64,000 bases of DNA, from contig CAZIZG010000003.1 in assembly GCA_964543815.1 (NCBI GenBank), positions 17,833 through 81,832 on the forward strand, written 5' to 3'. Below are positions 1 through 9,282 of this stretch, piece after piece (the stretch's first letter is position 1; every line of letters starts with the position of its first letter). Below the pieces are notes generated by a model that was not told the DNA's origin, did not search any database, and saw only the letters and a list, made by a program, of their open reading frames with translations. Position numbers and translations under genes: made by a program. This DNA is from an uncultured Bdellovibrionales bacterium. Lineage in GTDB: Bacteria; Patescibacteriota; Minisyncoccia; Moranbacterales; UBA1568.

Positions 1-599
1 AACAAAATTGTCAGCATGAATAAGCGCCCCTTCATCAAAGCCGTAGGTGATGACTTTCGCTTTGGTTTTTTCTTTCATTTTGAGTGTCCGACTGTCATCA
101 GCATTCAGGATAGCAAAGCCGTCTTCTGGTAAGGTGGCAATGATTCTCCCTTTCTCGCGAGCAATGGCATTAAGCGTTCCGAAATAGGCAATATGGCTTG
201 AGGAAATCTGGGTCACGATACCAATTTTCACCGGTACAAACTGAAGGAGAAAATCCATATCTCCAGGGCGGTCGATACCCATTTCGAGTACCAATACCTG
301 AGGATATTCCGTCGGCACCATGACCAGATACAACCAACGAACAAAAACTCGGAACCAACCAAGGATTGAACCGCCGCCACTTTTGGCGCCGATAATCGTC
401 AGTGGTATACCAATTTCGTTGTTATAATTCCCTTCAGCCTTACGAACCGTATACTCAATTCCCAATACTAGAGCTACTGCCTCCTTGGTAGAGCTCTTCC
501 CCACGGAGCCAGTAATCCCGACAATAATCGGCTGGTACTTTTTGAGCACGACTCGGGACATGAAGCGAAGCAGTCGTTCCAATATTTTTCTTTTGGTCA
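1..599 (-). CDS. murF: Mur ligase (MurF-like UDP-MurNAc-tripeptide--D-Ala-D-Ala ligase). Start codon at 599; the 3' end runs off the window start.
   Basis: Minus-strand translation from the ATG at 599 gives MTKRKILERLL...KYQPIIVGITGSVGKSSTKE...NYNNEIGIPLTIIG...VLEMGIDRPGDMDF...IGIVTQISSSHIAYFGTLNAIAREKGRII. This has the Mur-ligase P-loop and the MurF-type NxNNEIG(V/I)PLT motif. It lies directly downstream of ftsI in a dcw cluster. It is absent from the ORF track because it is incomplete. Confidence 0.6.
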
Positions 600-616
600 T
601 GGGCATAATACTCACT

Positions 617-2407
617 TTAGTGGTTGTTCGTCTCCTCGGTTGGCTTAACCTTGGCGTACTCTAGCAAAAATTTCATAATCTCGCCAAATGTCGGTGCAGC
701 ACTCGATTCGGCCCACTCAACATTTTTTGGATTATCCAGCTTTACCAAAACGACAAATTTTGGATCATCCAGAGGCGCATAGCCCACAAACGAACCAATA
801 CTCTGTCCTTCCTCGTATCCCTTTGCTCCGCTTTTAGCCACCTGGGCAGTCCCGGTCTTTCCGCCGACGAGATATCCCGGAACATCGGCTCGTTTGCCGT
901 GCCCATTCACGACGACACTGCGCAGCATCTTACTAATTGAACGACTGGATTCCTCGCTGATAACCCGCCGTATCTCAACTGGCGCATACTGTACTTCGTT
1001 TCCATCGGCATGAATTATTTTATCAATAACTTTCGGCTTGAGGAGCCTTCCTCCATTCGCGAGCGCCGCATAGGCACTCACCATTTGAATCGGTGTTGCC
1101 GTAATACCCTGCCCAAACGAAGCAGTAAAGAAATTTATCGTAGCCCGTTCATTTTCCAGATTTCGTAAATTACCAGCAAGCTCTGCCGGCAACTCCACCC
1201 CGGAACGTACACCAAACCCAAACCGCTTGAGATAATCTCCGAAAATACGATTTCCAACCAACTTTTCAACAAAAATAACTCCCGTATTAATTGATTGGTC
1301 CAGTACCTTGTACATATCACTTCGCCCATACACCTTGTCTTCAGCGTTACGAATAGTATAGCCCGCCTCAGCCACCAAACCAGTATCAACATATTCGGTA
1401 TTAGGCGATACCTTGCCCTCATCGAGACCGATAGCCATAGTGATAGGCTTCATGATAGAACCCGGTTCATAGGCGGAACTGACTGCCTGATTGAGAAAAA
1501 GCGAATAATCTTCTTCTTTCGAATAATTATTGGGGTCAAACTGCGGCGATGTTGCCATGGCCAAAATATTACCCGTTTTCGGGTCCATCACGATAGCCGT
1601 AGCACGATCAGCGGCATACTTTTCAATTGAATCCTTAAGAATTTTTTCTGTTTCATACTGAATGACCCGATCCAAAGTCAGTACCACGCTATCGCCATTC
1701 TCGGCATGATCAATCGATCGATCAGAAAGTGGGATCCAACGACCACTCGCGTCCTTCTCCTGAGTCAATGTCCCAGTTTCGCCCCGTAATTCACTATCGA
1801 GTGACGCCTCAATACCATACCCACCAGCTCCTCCCTTTTCACCGAGACTAGCAAAACCAATAACCTGAGCTGCCAGCTCACCAGCAGGATAGTATCGGTA
1901 TTTTTCTGGTACCAAATTCACGCCCTTGAGCTTTAACTCCTTAACGCGATTCACTTCATCATCAGTAAGTCGCTTCTTGATAATTTCAAAAGGGTCGTTC
2001 GGGCGGGCCAACTTGTCTCGAATTTCACCGACCTCTATGCCCAGTGCTCGTGAGAGCTCAACGGCCACCATATCTTTTTCTTCGATATCTTTCGGAACAA
2101 CAAATACCATCTGATACTCACGATTGACCGCGAGTGGATAGCGATCCATGTCACCATCATGCATATAAATCTCGCCACGATCAGCAGAAAGCTCGAGCGA
2201 GGCGTTATGCTGCGATTCTGCCAAAGCAACCCATTTATCATGGGATAGAACTTGCAAAAAAAAGAGCCTGACGATAACAGTCAGTCCTACCAGCATCAAA
2301 AAAGAAAGAAGGATCCTGACACGGACAACACTGCCCAAAAGGGCAGTTCCGGGGGCCTTTTTTTTGTTCTGATAGTTTTGTGTATGACGCATATCTCCTG
2401 GTATCAC
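617..2407 (-). CDS. ftsI: Peptidoglycan D,D-transpeptidase FtsI / class B PBP
   Basis: 596 aa with an N-terminal TM segment and the SxxK (SIMKP), SxN (SINTG) and KTG (GGKTGTAQ) motifs. Lies in a dcw cluster after ftsL/rsmH/mraZ. Confidence 0.85.
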   Translation of the reverse strand: MIPGDMRHTQNYQNKKKAPGTALLGSVVRVRILLSFLMLVGLTVIVRLFFLQVLSHDKWVALAESQHNASLELSADRGEIYMHDGDMDRYPLAVNREYQMVFVVPKDIEEKDMVAVELSRALGIEVGEIRDKLARPNDPFEIIKKRLTDDEVNRVKELKLKGVNLVPEKYRYYPAGELAAQVIGFASLGEKGGAGGYGIEASLDSELRGETGTLTQEKDASGRWIPLSDRSIDHAENGDSVVLTLDRVIQYETEKILKDSIEKYAADRATAIVMDPKTGNILAMATSPQFDPNNYSKEEDYSLFLNQAVSSAYEPGSIMKPITMAIGLDEGKVSPNTEYVDTGLVAEAGYTIRNAEDKVYGRSDMYKVLDQSINTGVIFVEKLVGNRIFGDYLKRFGFGVRSGVELPAELAGNLRNLENERATINFFTASFGQGITATPIQMVSAYAALANGGRLLKPKVIDKIIHADGNEVQYAPVEIRRVISEESSRSISKMLRSVVVNGHGKRADVPGYLVGGKTGTAQVAKSGAKGYEEGQSIGSFVGYAPLDDPKFVVLVKLDNPKNVEWAESSAAPTFGEIMKFLLEYAKVKPTEETNNH

Positions 2408-2434
2408 AGAATCACGAGACCCAAGAGTCCTGCA

Positions 2435-2815
2435 TTAGCGGAGCGCTACCGGTACGCCTTGTTCTGAGGCAACCGGCGCAGCGGATTCTCGTTCTTCGAT
2501 GTATTTCACGTTGTCGAGCTTTTGCATTTGGAGTTCTTCTTCAGCGCTCTCGATACGTGATAATGAACGTAAATCAGCCTCTGCGATACGAAGTTCGGCA
2601 TTCTTTTGTTTGAGTGCATCTATCTCTTTTTCCAGGGTCCGCATGTGATAGCCCTGAACCGCACTTTGGTTGACCGCATACAGGTAACCACCACCAGAAA
2701 CAAAGAGGGCGGTCAATACGGCCAACAGGAACATATGGACCGACCCGGGCAACTCGCGTGAAGCCTGTTTCGGGACCCAAGTCGTCATCATTTTTTTACG
2801 ACGTGTCACTGACAT
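2435..2815 (-). CDS. ftsL: Cell division protein FtsL-like (single TM plus coiled coil)
   Basis: Small protein with the TM segment FLLAVLTALFV followed by a coiled coil (EKEIDALKQKNAELRIAEADL), located between rsmH and ftsI. The track ORF starts at TTG 2854; the first ATG (MSVTRRKK) is at 2815. Confidence 0.6.
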   Translation of the reverse strand: MSVTRRKKMMTTWVPKQASRELPGSVHMFLLAVLTALFVSGGGYLYAVNQSAVQGYHMRTLEKEIDALKQKNAELRIAEADLRSLSRIESAEEELQMQKLDNVKYIEERESAAPVASEQGVPVALR

Positions 2816-2857
2816 ATGAATTTGTATTTTTATTTTTCTGCCCAGAGCAGACAATCC

Positions 2858-3838
2858 TCAACTCGGTTTTTCCCCTAACTTCTCTATCACTCGGAGCTTG
2901 GCGCTCCTGGCCCGTGAATTGTCAGCTATTTCTCGTTCGCTCGCCACGATTGGCCGCTTGGTAAGTATTCTAGCCTTTGGTGCTTGACCACAACGACATA
3001 CCGGAAAATTCGGCGGACAGATACAACCCTGAGCTACTTCTCGAAAAAATTGCTTGACCCGGATATCCTCACCAGAATGAAAAGTGATGATAGCAAGTCG
3101 TCCTCCCGGATGAAGAACCTGAAGAGCCTGCTTAAGAAATGATTCCAGGTGATCAAACTCGCGATTGACCGCAATTCGGAGCGCCTGAAAGGTCTTGGTA
3201 GCCGGATGTATCTTCATCGTCATCCGCTTACGCTTTGGGTAGACCTCAGCAATAAGCTCAGCCAATTGATGCGTCGTCTCAATCGGTTGTTCCTCACGCT
3301 CCTTCACGATACCGTGGGCAATCCGCCGATACTCCGTTTCGTCACCGGCGCGCAGCATATCCATGAGCGTCTGCTCAGAGTAAGTATTAACGATGTCGCG
3401 GGCTGTGAGTGTCGTTCGCTGATCGAGTCGCATATCAAGTGGCCCGTTCTGCTGAAAACTCAACCCCCGAGCACCGTCCTCAATCTGATCTGAAGAAAAA
3501 CCCAAATCAGCGAGTATCGCATCCACCGATGGAACGTTCAGTCGTTCCAAGACCGTCATGAGATCCGAATAATTACTCCCCACAAGGACAAGTCTCCCCT
3601 CCTTAGAGGCTTGTGTAAGTGATTCATCGGATGACACAGCGGTCTTGAAACGACTGAGAGCCCTCTCATCAGCATCAAGCCCGATAACGCGTCCGGTTGG
3701 TGATACTTCTGCGAGCATCATCCTTCCATGCCCGCCACCGCCTACGGTTGCGTCTACCACCGTCATTCCTTTTTGAAGGTGCAGCATTTTTCGTACTTCC
3801 TCGTACAACACCGGTACATGCTTCGTCATACAATCCAA
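2858..3838 (-). CDS. rsmH: 16S rRNA (cytosine1402-N4)-methyltransferase RsmH/MraW
   Basis: MTKHVPVLYEEV...DATVGGGGHG... is a typical RsmH N-terminus with the SAM motif. Position after mraZ. Confidence 0.85.
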   Translation of the reverse strand: MDCMTKHVPVLYEEVRKMLHLQKGMTVVDATVGGGGHGRMMLAEVSPTGRVIGLDADERALSRFKTAVSSDESLTQASKEGRLVLVGSNYSDLMTVLERLNVPSVDAILADLGFSSDQIEDGARGLSFQQNGPLDMRLDQRTTLTARDIVNTYSEQTLMDMLRAGDETEYRRIAHGIVKEREEQPIETTHQLAELIAEVYPKRKRMTMKIHPATKTFQALRIAVNREFDHLESFLKQALQVLHPGGRLAIITFHSGEDIRVKQFFREVAQGCICPPNFPVCRCGQAPKARILTKRPIVASEREIADNSRARSAKLRVIEKLGEKPS

Positions 3839-3911
3839 GAATCAAAAATCAAAATGCTCTCCACTCCTTCCTTTCATTTTTTATTTTTGAACTGTATGCG
3901 TACGTTTGGTG

Positions 3912-4346
3912 TTAATAGATACCGAGCTTGCCGAGATCTTCTGCAATCTTGCCCGTATTCTTTTCTGCCTGATTCTTATATTTGTTCCATTTCGTCGTAT
4001 CCCAGATTTCCAATCGATTGAAGAGCCCCACAATCGTCACATCCTTTTTTAGTCCACCGTCCTGTTTGAGATATTCTGGCAAAAGTACCCGTCCCTGACT
4101 ATCAAGCTCTACATCAGCAGCACCAGCAAGCATCACTCGAATAAAACTGCGCGTGCCCGCTTCGCCAACGGGGAGCGTACCGAGTTTGGTGGCCAGCTCC
4201 TCCCATACCTTCATCGGATAGACAAAGAGGCAACTATCGAGACCACGTGTCACCACAACTTTATTCCCAAGTTCACCACGAAACTTCGAAGGAAGCGCCA
4301 GGCGTTTCTTGGGATCAATCGTATGTGCGTATTCTCCGATAAACAT
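3912..4346 (-). CDS. mraZ: Transcriptional regulator MraZ
   Basis: 144 aa starting MFIGEYAHTIDPKKRLALPSKFR, a duplicated MraZ fold, first gene of the dcw cluster. Confidence 0.85.
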   Translation of the reverse strand: MFIGEYAHTIDPKKRLALPSKFRGELGNKVVVTRGLDSCLFVYPMKVWEELATKLGTLPVGEAGTRSFIRVMLAGAADVELDSQGRVLLPEYLKQDGGLKKDVTIVGLFNRLEIWDTTKWNKYKNQAEKNTGKIAEDLGKLGIY

Positions 4347-4374
4347 GCGCGTGAAATATTCTCGGTGTGAAATT

Positions 4375-4390
4375 CCCCACTTTCACCCAC
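4375..4390 (-). promoter_or_regulatory. Candidate MraZ operator: direct GTGGG repeats with 10-nt periodicity
   Basis: The minus strand reads AGTGGGTGAAAGTGGGG between the promoter and the mraZ start. Further degenerate GGGTGG/GTGGAG repeats lie upstream. MraZ is known to bind spaced GTGGG-type repeats in its own promoter. Confidence 0.45.
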
Positions 4391-4409
4391 TTTTGTTCCT
4401 TACCTCCAC

Positions 4410-4438
4410 ATTTTATACCACCCATATTCACCCGTCAA
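4410..4438 (-). promoter_or_regulatory. Sigma-70-like promoter of the mraZ/dcw operon
   Basis: Minus-strand TTGACG, a 17-nt spacer, then TAAAAT, about 60 nt upstream of the mraZ ATG. Confidence 0.5.
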
Positions 4439-4454
4439 CACCGGACTTATACAC

Positions 4455-4486
4455 CAAAAAAACGGCCTTTTCAAGCCGTTTTTTAA
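4455..4486. terminator. Bidirectional rho-independent terminator (after pepA, before the mraZ promoter)
   Basis: Hairpin AACGGC-cttttcaa-GCCGTT flanked by A-run/T-run on both sides (aaaaaaACGGCcttttcaaGCCGTtttttt). Confidence 0.6.
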
Positions 4487-4500
4487 ATGAATAAATGCTT

Positions 4501-5907
4501 TTATTGCGTTTCCAGAACCTTTATCAAAAGTCGCACCGGCGTACCAGCCGAGCCTTTGGCGAGAAATTCGTCAGGCAGCGCAGTCATGCGCGGAGCAATA
4601 TCGAGATGGACCCAGGAGTAAGCACCATCTACGAATTGCTTGAGAAACACCGCCGCGGTGATAGCACCACCATAGCGGGTACGACCGAGATTGGCCACAT
4701 CACCAAATGTTCCTTTCACCTCATCATCATATTCATCCCACAGTGGCAGTGGCCAGACATAGTCACCGCTTTCTTCGCCAAGATGGCGAAGCTTTGTTTC
4801 AAGTGCTTCATCAGCGGTAAACAACGCTGTTGCTCGTTCGCCGAGAGCTCCCATCGCTGCCCCCGTCAGTGTTGCCACATCAATGACGAGTGACGGCCGA
4901 TATCGTTTGGCATAGTGGAGCGCATCAGCGAGGATAATCCGACCCTCAGCATCAGTATTGAGCACCTCGATAGTCTTGCCCGACATGGAATGAAGAATGT
5001 CCCCTGGCCGATAACTCGCGCCCGACATCATGTTCTCCACTGCCGGTACCAAAACCACAATATTTTTTTTCACCCGAAGACGTGCCGCTGCTGCCAACGC
5101 ATGAATAACCGCGGCACCACCCGACATATCCATATTCATACCGAGAACAGCGTCACTCGGTTTCAAATTGATACCACCAGTATCAAACGTCACACCCTTC
5201 CCAACGAGCACGATAGTCTCATTCGAAGCCGAAGATAATGATTTTCCTTTCCTTCCGCCAAAGTATTCAAGAATTATAAAACGTGATGGCGCTGACGATC
5301 CTTTACCAACACCAAGTACACCGCCCATGTTGAGTTTACCCATCTGCTTTTCATCGAGTATCCGCACAGTAATGGGTAGCCCCTTCACTGACGCTCTTGC
5401 ATGACGAGCCAAAATATCAGGCGTCATGGCGCCACCAGGCATGGTAGCAATATGACGGGAACGATTCACTTCCTCTCCGATGATTTTCCCTCGAACGATA
5501 CCAGCCTTCACCATCTTGTCAGAAGTACCGGAGAGGACTATGCTCTCAATCTCTGGAAAGCCACCCTGGGGCTTCGTCAAAAATTCCCGAAAGGAAAATT
5601 CTGCCATGACAAAATTCGTAACGAGGAGTTCTGCCAAATCTCCCGTGGCAATTTTCAAATGAGCAAAGTGAAACTGTCCCAAATCAATGGTTATTTTCGC
5701 ATACTTTTTTGCCAATGCCTCACGCACCACCCGGCGCGCCAAGAGCATGAGTCTCCGCCTCGTCATCTTGTTACGCTCACCAACGACCAGCACCAGGGTT
5801 TCGACGCCATTCTTAATCTCCACCACACCATCTTTTCCTTCTTGTTCCAATCGCACCCGAAGCGCTCCTTTTTTCAACGTCTCTTTTTCGGTAATCTTGA
5901 TGTCCAT
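4501..5907 (-). CDS. pepA: Leucyl aminopeptidase (M17 family)
   Basis: 468 aa with the NTDAEGRI and VGKGVTFDTGG motifs characteristic of M17 aminopeptidases. Confidence 0.85.
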   Translation of the reverse strand: MDIKITEKETLKKGALRVRLEQEGKDGVVEIKNGVETLVLVVGERNKMTRRRLMLLARRVVREALAKKYAKITIDLGQFHFAHLKIATGDLAELLVTNFVMAEFSFREFLTKPQGGFPEIESIVLSGTSDKMVKAGIVRGKIIGEEVNRSRHIATMPGGAMTPDILARHARASVKGLPITVRILDEKQMGKLNMGGVLGVGKGSSAPSRFIILEYFGGRKGKSLSSASNETIVLVGKGVTFDTGGINLKPSDAVLGMNMDMSGGAAVIHALAAAARLRVKKNIVVLVPAVENMMSGASYRPGDILHSMSGKTIEVLNTDAEGRIILADALHYAKRYRPSLVIDVATLTGAAMGALGERATALFTADEALETKLRHLGEESGDYVWPLPLWDEYDDEVKGTFGDVANLGRTRYGGAITAAVFLKQFVDGAYSWVHLDIAPRMTALPDEFLAKGSAGTPVRLLIKVLETQ

Positions 5908-5934
5908 AGAATACTATCCCTTCTCAGTAATTTC

Positions 5935-6408
5935 TTATTGTTTACAGAGCTCCTTTATATCGCTCAATACTTCTTCCGCATGACCATCAGGTTTGACGTC
6001 CTCGTAGACTTTGGCAATCTTTCCTGTCGGATCAATAAGAAACGAAGTCCGGAGAATTCCCATATATTCTCGACCCATAAATTTCTTCTTGGCCCATACC
6101 CCATAGAGCGCCACTACTTTCTTTTCTTCATCGGCCAGCAGTGTGAATGGTAACTCGTATTTCGTAACAAATTTGGCGTGTTTCTTTACTGCATCGACAC
6201 TAATACCAAGTATCACTGCCTTGGACCGTTTGAATTTAGGAAAGTTATCCCGGAACTGACAAGCTTCTACCGTGCACCCCGGGGTATCATCTTTGGGATA
6301 AAAATAGAGTACCACCCACTTCCCAACATATTCTTTAAGCGTATGCATTTTCCCCTCCTGATCAGGCAAAGTAAAATTCTTCGCCTTGGTTCCTTTTTTG
6401 GGCAACAT
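5935..6408 (-). CDS. bcp: Thiol peroxidase / peroxiredoxin Bcp
   Basis: 157 aa containing YFYPKDDTPGCTVEAC, the AhpC/TSA peroxiredoxin motif. Confidence 0.85.
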   Translation of the reverse strand: MLPKKGTKAKNFTLPDQEGKMHTLKEYVGKWVVLYFYPKDDTPGCTVEACQFRDNFPKFKRSKAVILGISVDAVKKHAKFVTKYELPFTLLADEEKKVVALYGVWAKKKFMGREYMGILRTSFLIDPTGKIAKVYEDVKPDGHAEEVLSDIKELCKQ

Positions 6409-6439
6409 ATTTCCTGGTTCGTTATCGATTAGTTTGGAA

Positions 6440-6866
6440 TTTTAGCACAAAAGAAAAAGCCCCGCTACGACGATGCGTAACGAGACAACTATTTGATTCC
6501 TCCTTGGCTCAGTGGGTAGCCGTTCGACCAAGGGCGGCGTTTACCTTCTCGTAAAGACGCCTGACTCCCTTGGAGCGTGTACCACGCACGTGGAGAACCT
6601 TGAGGATGGCCAGGGCATCGCCATGACGCTTCCTCCGATAGAACGCCACGGCGTCACCGAAAAGCTCGTGTGAATTCCTTCGCTCCAGCTTCCTGAAACG
6701 CGGTACGATTCCTGTCTCCGAATGTGGGCAATACTCGCCCGCTCTTTCTTCACTCAACAATTCTCACCTCTGCTCTCTACAAACAAAGAAACTCCTCTCG
6801 CGGAGGGTTTCACGTATCACCTGTCGTTCCAGGCTTTAAGAATAGTAACCTAAAATCCTTATCCCG
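6440..6866 (-). ncRNA. Ambiguous 430-bp GC-rich stretch: candidate structured RNA (RNase P RNA-like motifs) or an 83-aa basic ORF (6509..6760)
   Basis: Long intergenic stretch that is GC-rich relative to its neighbours. The minus strand contains GAAGAAAGAGCGGGCGAGUAUUGCCCA (resembling the RNase P P4/P5 region GAGGAAAGUCCGGGCUCCAUAGGGCA), GGUAAACGCCGCCC and CAAAUAG (both present in E. coli M1 RNA), and a hairpin CCTTGG...CCAAGG. A U-rich 3' end reads GCGGGGCUUUUUCUUUU. The P15-P18 region and a clear 3' P4 strand were not found. Alternatively, a TTG-start ORF with an AGAGGUGAG RBS encodes an R/K-rich 83-aa protein. Confidence 0.3.
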
Positions 6867-8093
6867 TCAAGTCTTGAGGTATTTTCTTTCCTTGAGGCGT
6901 TCCGGAAAGTATTCTTGCTCTGCTTCTTCGGCATTCTTGAAGTCAGGGGTGTACTTATATCCTTTGCCATAGTCAAGCTCTTTCATGAGCTTAGTCGGCG
7001 CATTCCGCAAATGGAGCGGGACCGGTTCGTTCGGAAATTTTCGTACGTCCTCCTTGGCTGCTCCATAAGCAACATAGAGGGCGTTTGATTTTTTGGAGAG
7101 CGCGAGATAGACAACGGCCTGAGCCAAATGGACCTCACACTCCGGCATTCCAAGCATCTGACAAGCCTGAAAAGCCGCCACTGCCTGTGGCAGCGCGAAG
7201 GAATTAGCAATACCGATATCCTCAGACGCAAAACGGACTAGCCGTCGTGCCACGTAGATCGGATCCTCACCCGCTTCGAGCATCCGAGCGAGATAATAGA
7301 GCGAGGCATTCGCGTCGTTCCCCCGCAGTGACTTATGGAGAGCTGAAATGATGTTATAGTGCTCCTCGCCATTTTTGTCATAGAGAAGGTGCGAGCGCTT
7401 CACTATTTGCTCCACAATCTTTGTATCAATATGCGTATGTTTGAGGGCACAGGCCTCGAGCGTGTTAAGCGTCATCCGAGCATCACCTCCCGAAACAGCC
7501 GCGATAAATGAGAGCGCCTCGTCATCTGCTTGTACTTTTCTCCCAAAATATTCCTCACTTTTTTTGAGAGCCCGCTTCATGAGACCAACGAGCGTCTCCT
7601 CGTCATGCTTTTCCAAGACCAAAACTCGCGCTCGCGAGAGGAGGGCAGCATTGACCTCAAAACTCGGGTTCTCCGTCGTCGCTCCGATGAGCGTCACGGT
7701 TCCCCGCTCGACGTGCGGGAGCAGACTATCTTGTTGTGACTTATTAAATCGGTGAATTTCATCGACAAAAAGAATCGTTTTCTTTCCCTGTTTCTTGTTT
7801 TCCTCCGCTTCGGCAAAAACGGCTCGCATATCCTTCACCCCGCTCCCGACAGCCGAGAGCTGGCGAAATTCAGCCTGCGTAGCCTGGGCAATAAGAAGAG
7901 CGAGCGTTGTCTTGCCACTCCCGGGTGGTCCCCAAAAGATGAGTGATGGGACATGGTCAGCCTCAATCGCTTCACGGAGAAACGATCCTTCGCCAAATAC
8001 TTTTTCCTGTCCAAGAAACTCCTCTAGTGTCTGGGGTCGCAATCGTTCAGCGAGTGGAATATACGTGTTGGAATCAGACATACTCTGTTTCAA
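6867..8093 (-). CDS. rarA: Replication-associated recombination protein A (AAA ATPase RarA/MgsA)
   Basis: 408 aa with Walker A GPPGSGKTT, Walker B ILFVDEIHRFNK, and C-terminal MgsA helical domains. Confidence 0.85.
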   Translation of the reverse strand: MKQSMSDSNTYIPLAERLRPQTLEEFLGQEKVFGEGSFLREAIEADHVPSLIFWGPPGSGKTTLALLIAQATQAEFRQLSAVGSGVKDMRAVFAEAEENKKQGKKTILFVDEIHRFNKSQQDSLLPHVERGTVTLIGATTENPSFEVNAALLSRARVLVLEKHDEETLVGLMKRALKKSEEYFGRKVQADDEALSFIAAVSGGDARMTLNTLEACALKHTHIDTKIVEQIVKRSHLLYDKNGEEHYNIISALHKSLRGNDANASLYYLARMLEAGEDPIYVARRLVRFASEDIGIANSFALPQAVAAFQACQMLGMPECEVHLAQAVVYLALSKKSNALYVAYGAAKEDVRKFPNEPVPLHLRNAPTKLMKELDYGKGYKYTPDFKNAEEAEQEYFPERLKERKYLKT

Positions 8094-8892
8094 GTATGAT
8101 TCCTACTGGGCAATGATCCGAACCCATCACCGAAGGCAGAATAAAAGCATCCCGCACCCGATCACGGAGTGAAGCACTGACGAGAAAGTAATCAATCCGC
8201 CAGCCGACGTTTCGTTCTCGAGACTTGGCAAAGTGGGACCACCAAGAGTAGTGTCCATTCCCTTCATGAAAGAGTCGAAAGGTATCCACAAATCCAGCCT
8301 TGATAAAATTTTGAAATCCTTCCCGTTCCTCATCAGTAAATCCATGTTTCCCAACATTCCCCTTGGGATTCGCCAGGTCGTCCTCGGTATGAGCCACGTT
8401 CAAATCACCACAAAAAACAACCGGCTTCTTTTTTTCTAAGCTTTGACAGTAGGCCAAAAAAGCTGGATCCCATTGTTTGTGACGGAGTGGCACGCGACTC
8501 AAATCCTCTTTGGCATTTGGGGTGTACACGGTCACCACATAAAACTGAGCGAACTCTGCCGTAATGACCCGCCCTTCAGCACAGGGATCGCCATAGCCAT
8601 CGGCCAAAAGATTGAATTTTTTAATAATCTGAGCTGGGAAACCATTAGTGACAGAGAGCGGCTTGGTCTTGGTAAAAATCGCTGTTCCGGAGTAACCCTT
8701 TCTCTCGGCCGAGTGCCAGTACTCTTCATACTCTGGCAAATCAATCTCCGCCTGACCCTCGAGAGCCTTTGTTTCCTGAAGACACAAAATATCAGGTTGA
8801 TACTCCTCAATAAATGGCAGAAATAATCCCTTCTTATGGACCGCCCGAATACCATTTACATTCCAGGAAAAAATTTTAAGTGATTGTGACAT
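8074..8892 (-). CDS. xth: Exodeoxyribonuclease III (AP endonuclease Xth)
   Basis: 272 aa beginning MSQSLKIFSWNVNGIRA with ...LCLQETK...GDLNVAH...SDHCPV, the EEP-family motifs. Overlaps the rarA start by 20 nt. Confidence 0.85.
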   Translation of the reverse strand: MSQSLKIFSWNVNGIRAVHKKGLFLPFIEEYQPDILCLQETKALEGQAEIDLPEYEEYWHSAERKGYSGTAIFTKTKPLSVTNGFPAQIIKKFNLLADGYGDPCAEGRVITAEFAQFYVVTVYTPNAKEDLSRVPLRHKQWDPAFLAYCQSLEKKKPVVFCGDLNVAHTEDDLANPKGNVGKHGFTDEEREGFQNFIKAGFVDTFRLFHEGNGHYSWWSHFAKSRERNVGWRIDYFLVSASLRDRVRDAFILPSVMGSDHCPVGIILETEYV

Positions 8893-8991
8893 ACAAACGT
8901 GTTTACTTACCTTTCATCATACCAGGTCTCTTGAAAAAAAGAAAAGTCGCCAAACCTGTTTAGGCTGACGACGAAAGGTGTGGGCGATGCC

Positions 8992-9135
8992 TCACTGATT
9001 GAAGTACGGATGCTCGTGTCGGGGCAAATCGCGATAGTCGTCACAGGGACGACCACGGAGAATGTCCCGAATTTCACGGCACCAATCGATTGAGGTGGCG
9101 ATGTATCCACCCACCTTTTTGAACCATTTGATCAT
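8992..9135 (-). CDS. Small hypothetical protein (47 aa), RBS-supported
   Basis: Minus-strand ORF MIKWFKKVGGYIATSIDWCREIRDILRGRPCDDYRDLPRHEHPYFNQ. AGGAGG lies 5 nt upstream of the ATG, and a hairpin plus U-run follows at about 8925-8965. It falls below the track length cutoff. Confidence 0.35.
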   Translation of the reverse strand: MIKWFKKVGGYIATSIDWCREIRDILRGRPCDDYRDLPRHEHPYFNQ

Positions 9136-9282
9136 GGCAGCCTCCTGAGGCATGGGGGACACGGGAACTTACTTTCCTTATACGCCTCTCGGGTATCATT
9201 GTCAACCAAAAAAGCCCTTATAAATAAAATGAACGCCGCCCGGTACCGTGAGGTAGCGGGCGGACCAACGAAGCCAGAGGGT

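Noticed and set aside
170-358. 62-aa TTG-start ORF on the minus strand
   Set aside because: Lies out of frame inside the MurF-like gene, whose frame shows clear Mur-ligase motifs. Frame artefact.
1135-1630. ORFs 1135..1422 (-) and 1295..1630 (+) inside ftsI
   Set aside because: Alternative-frame or antisense ORFs nested in a well-supported PBP gene. No RBS and odd composition.
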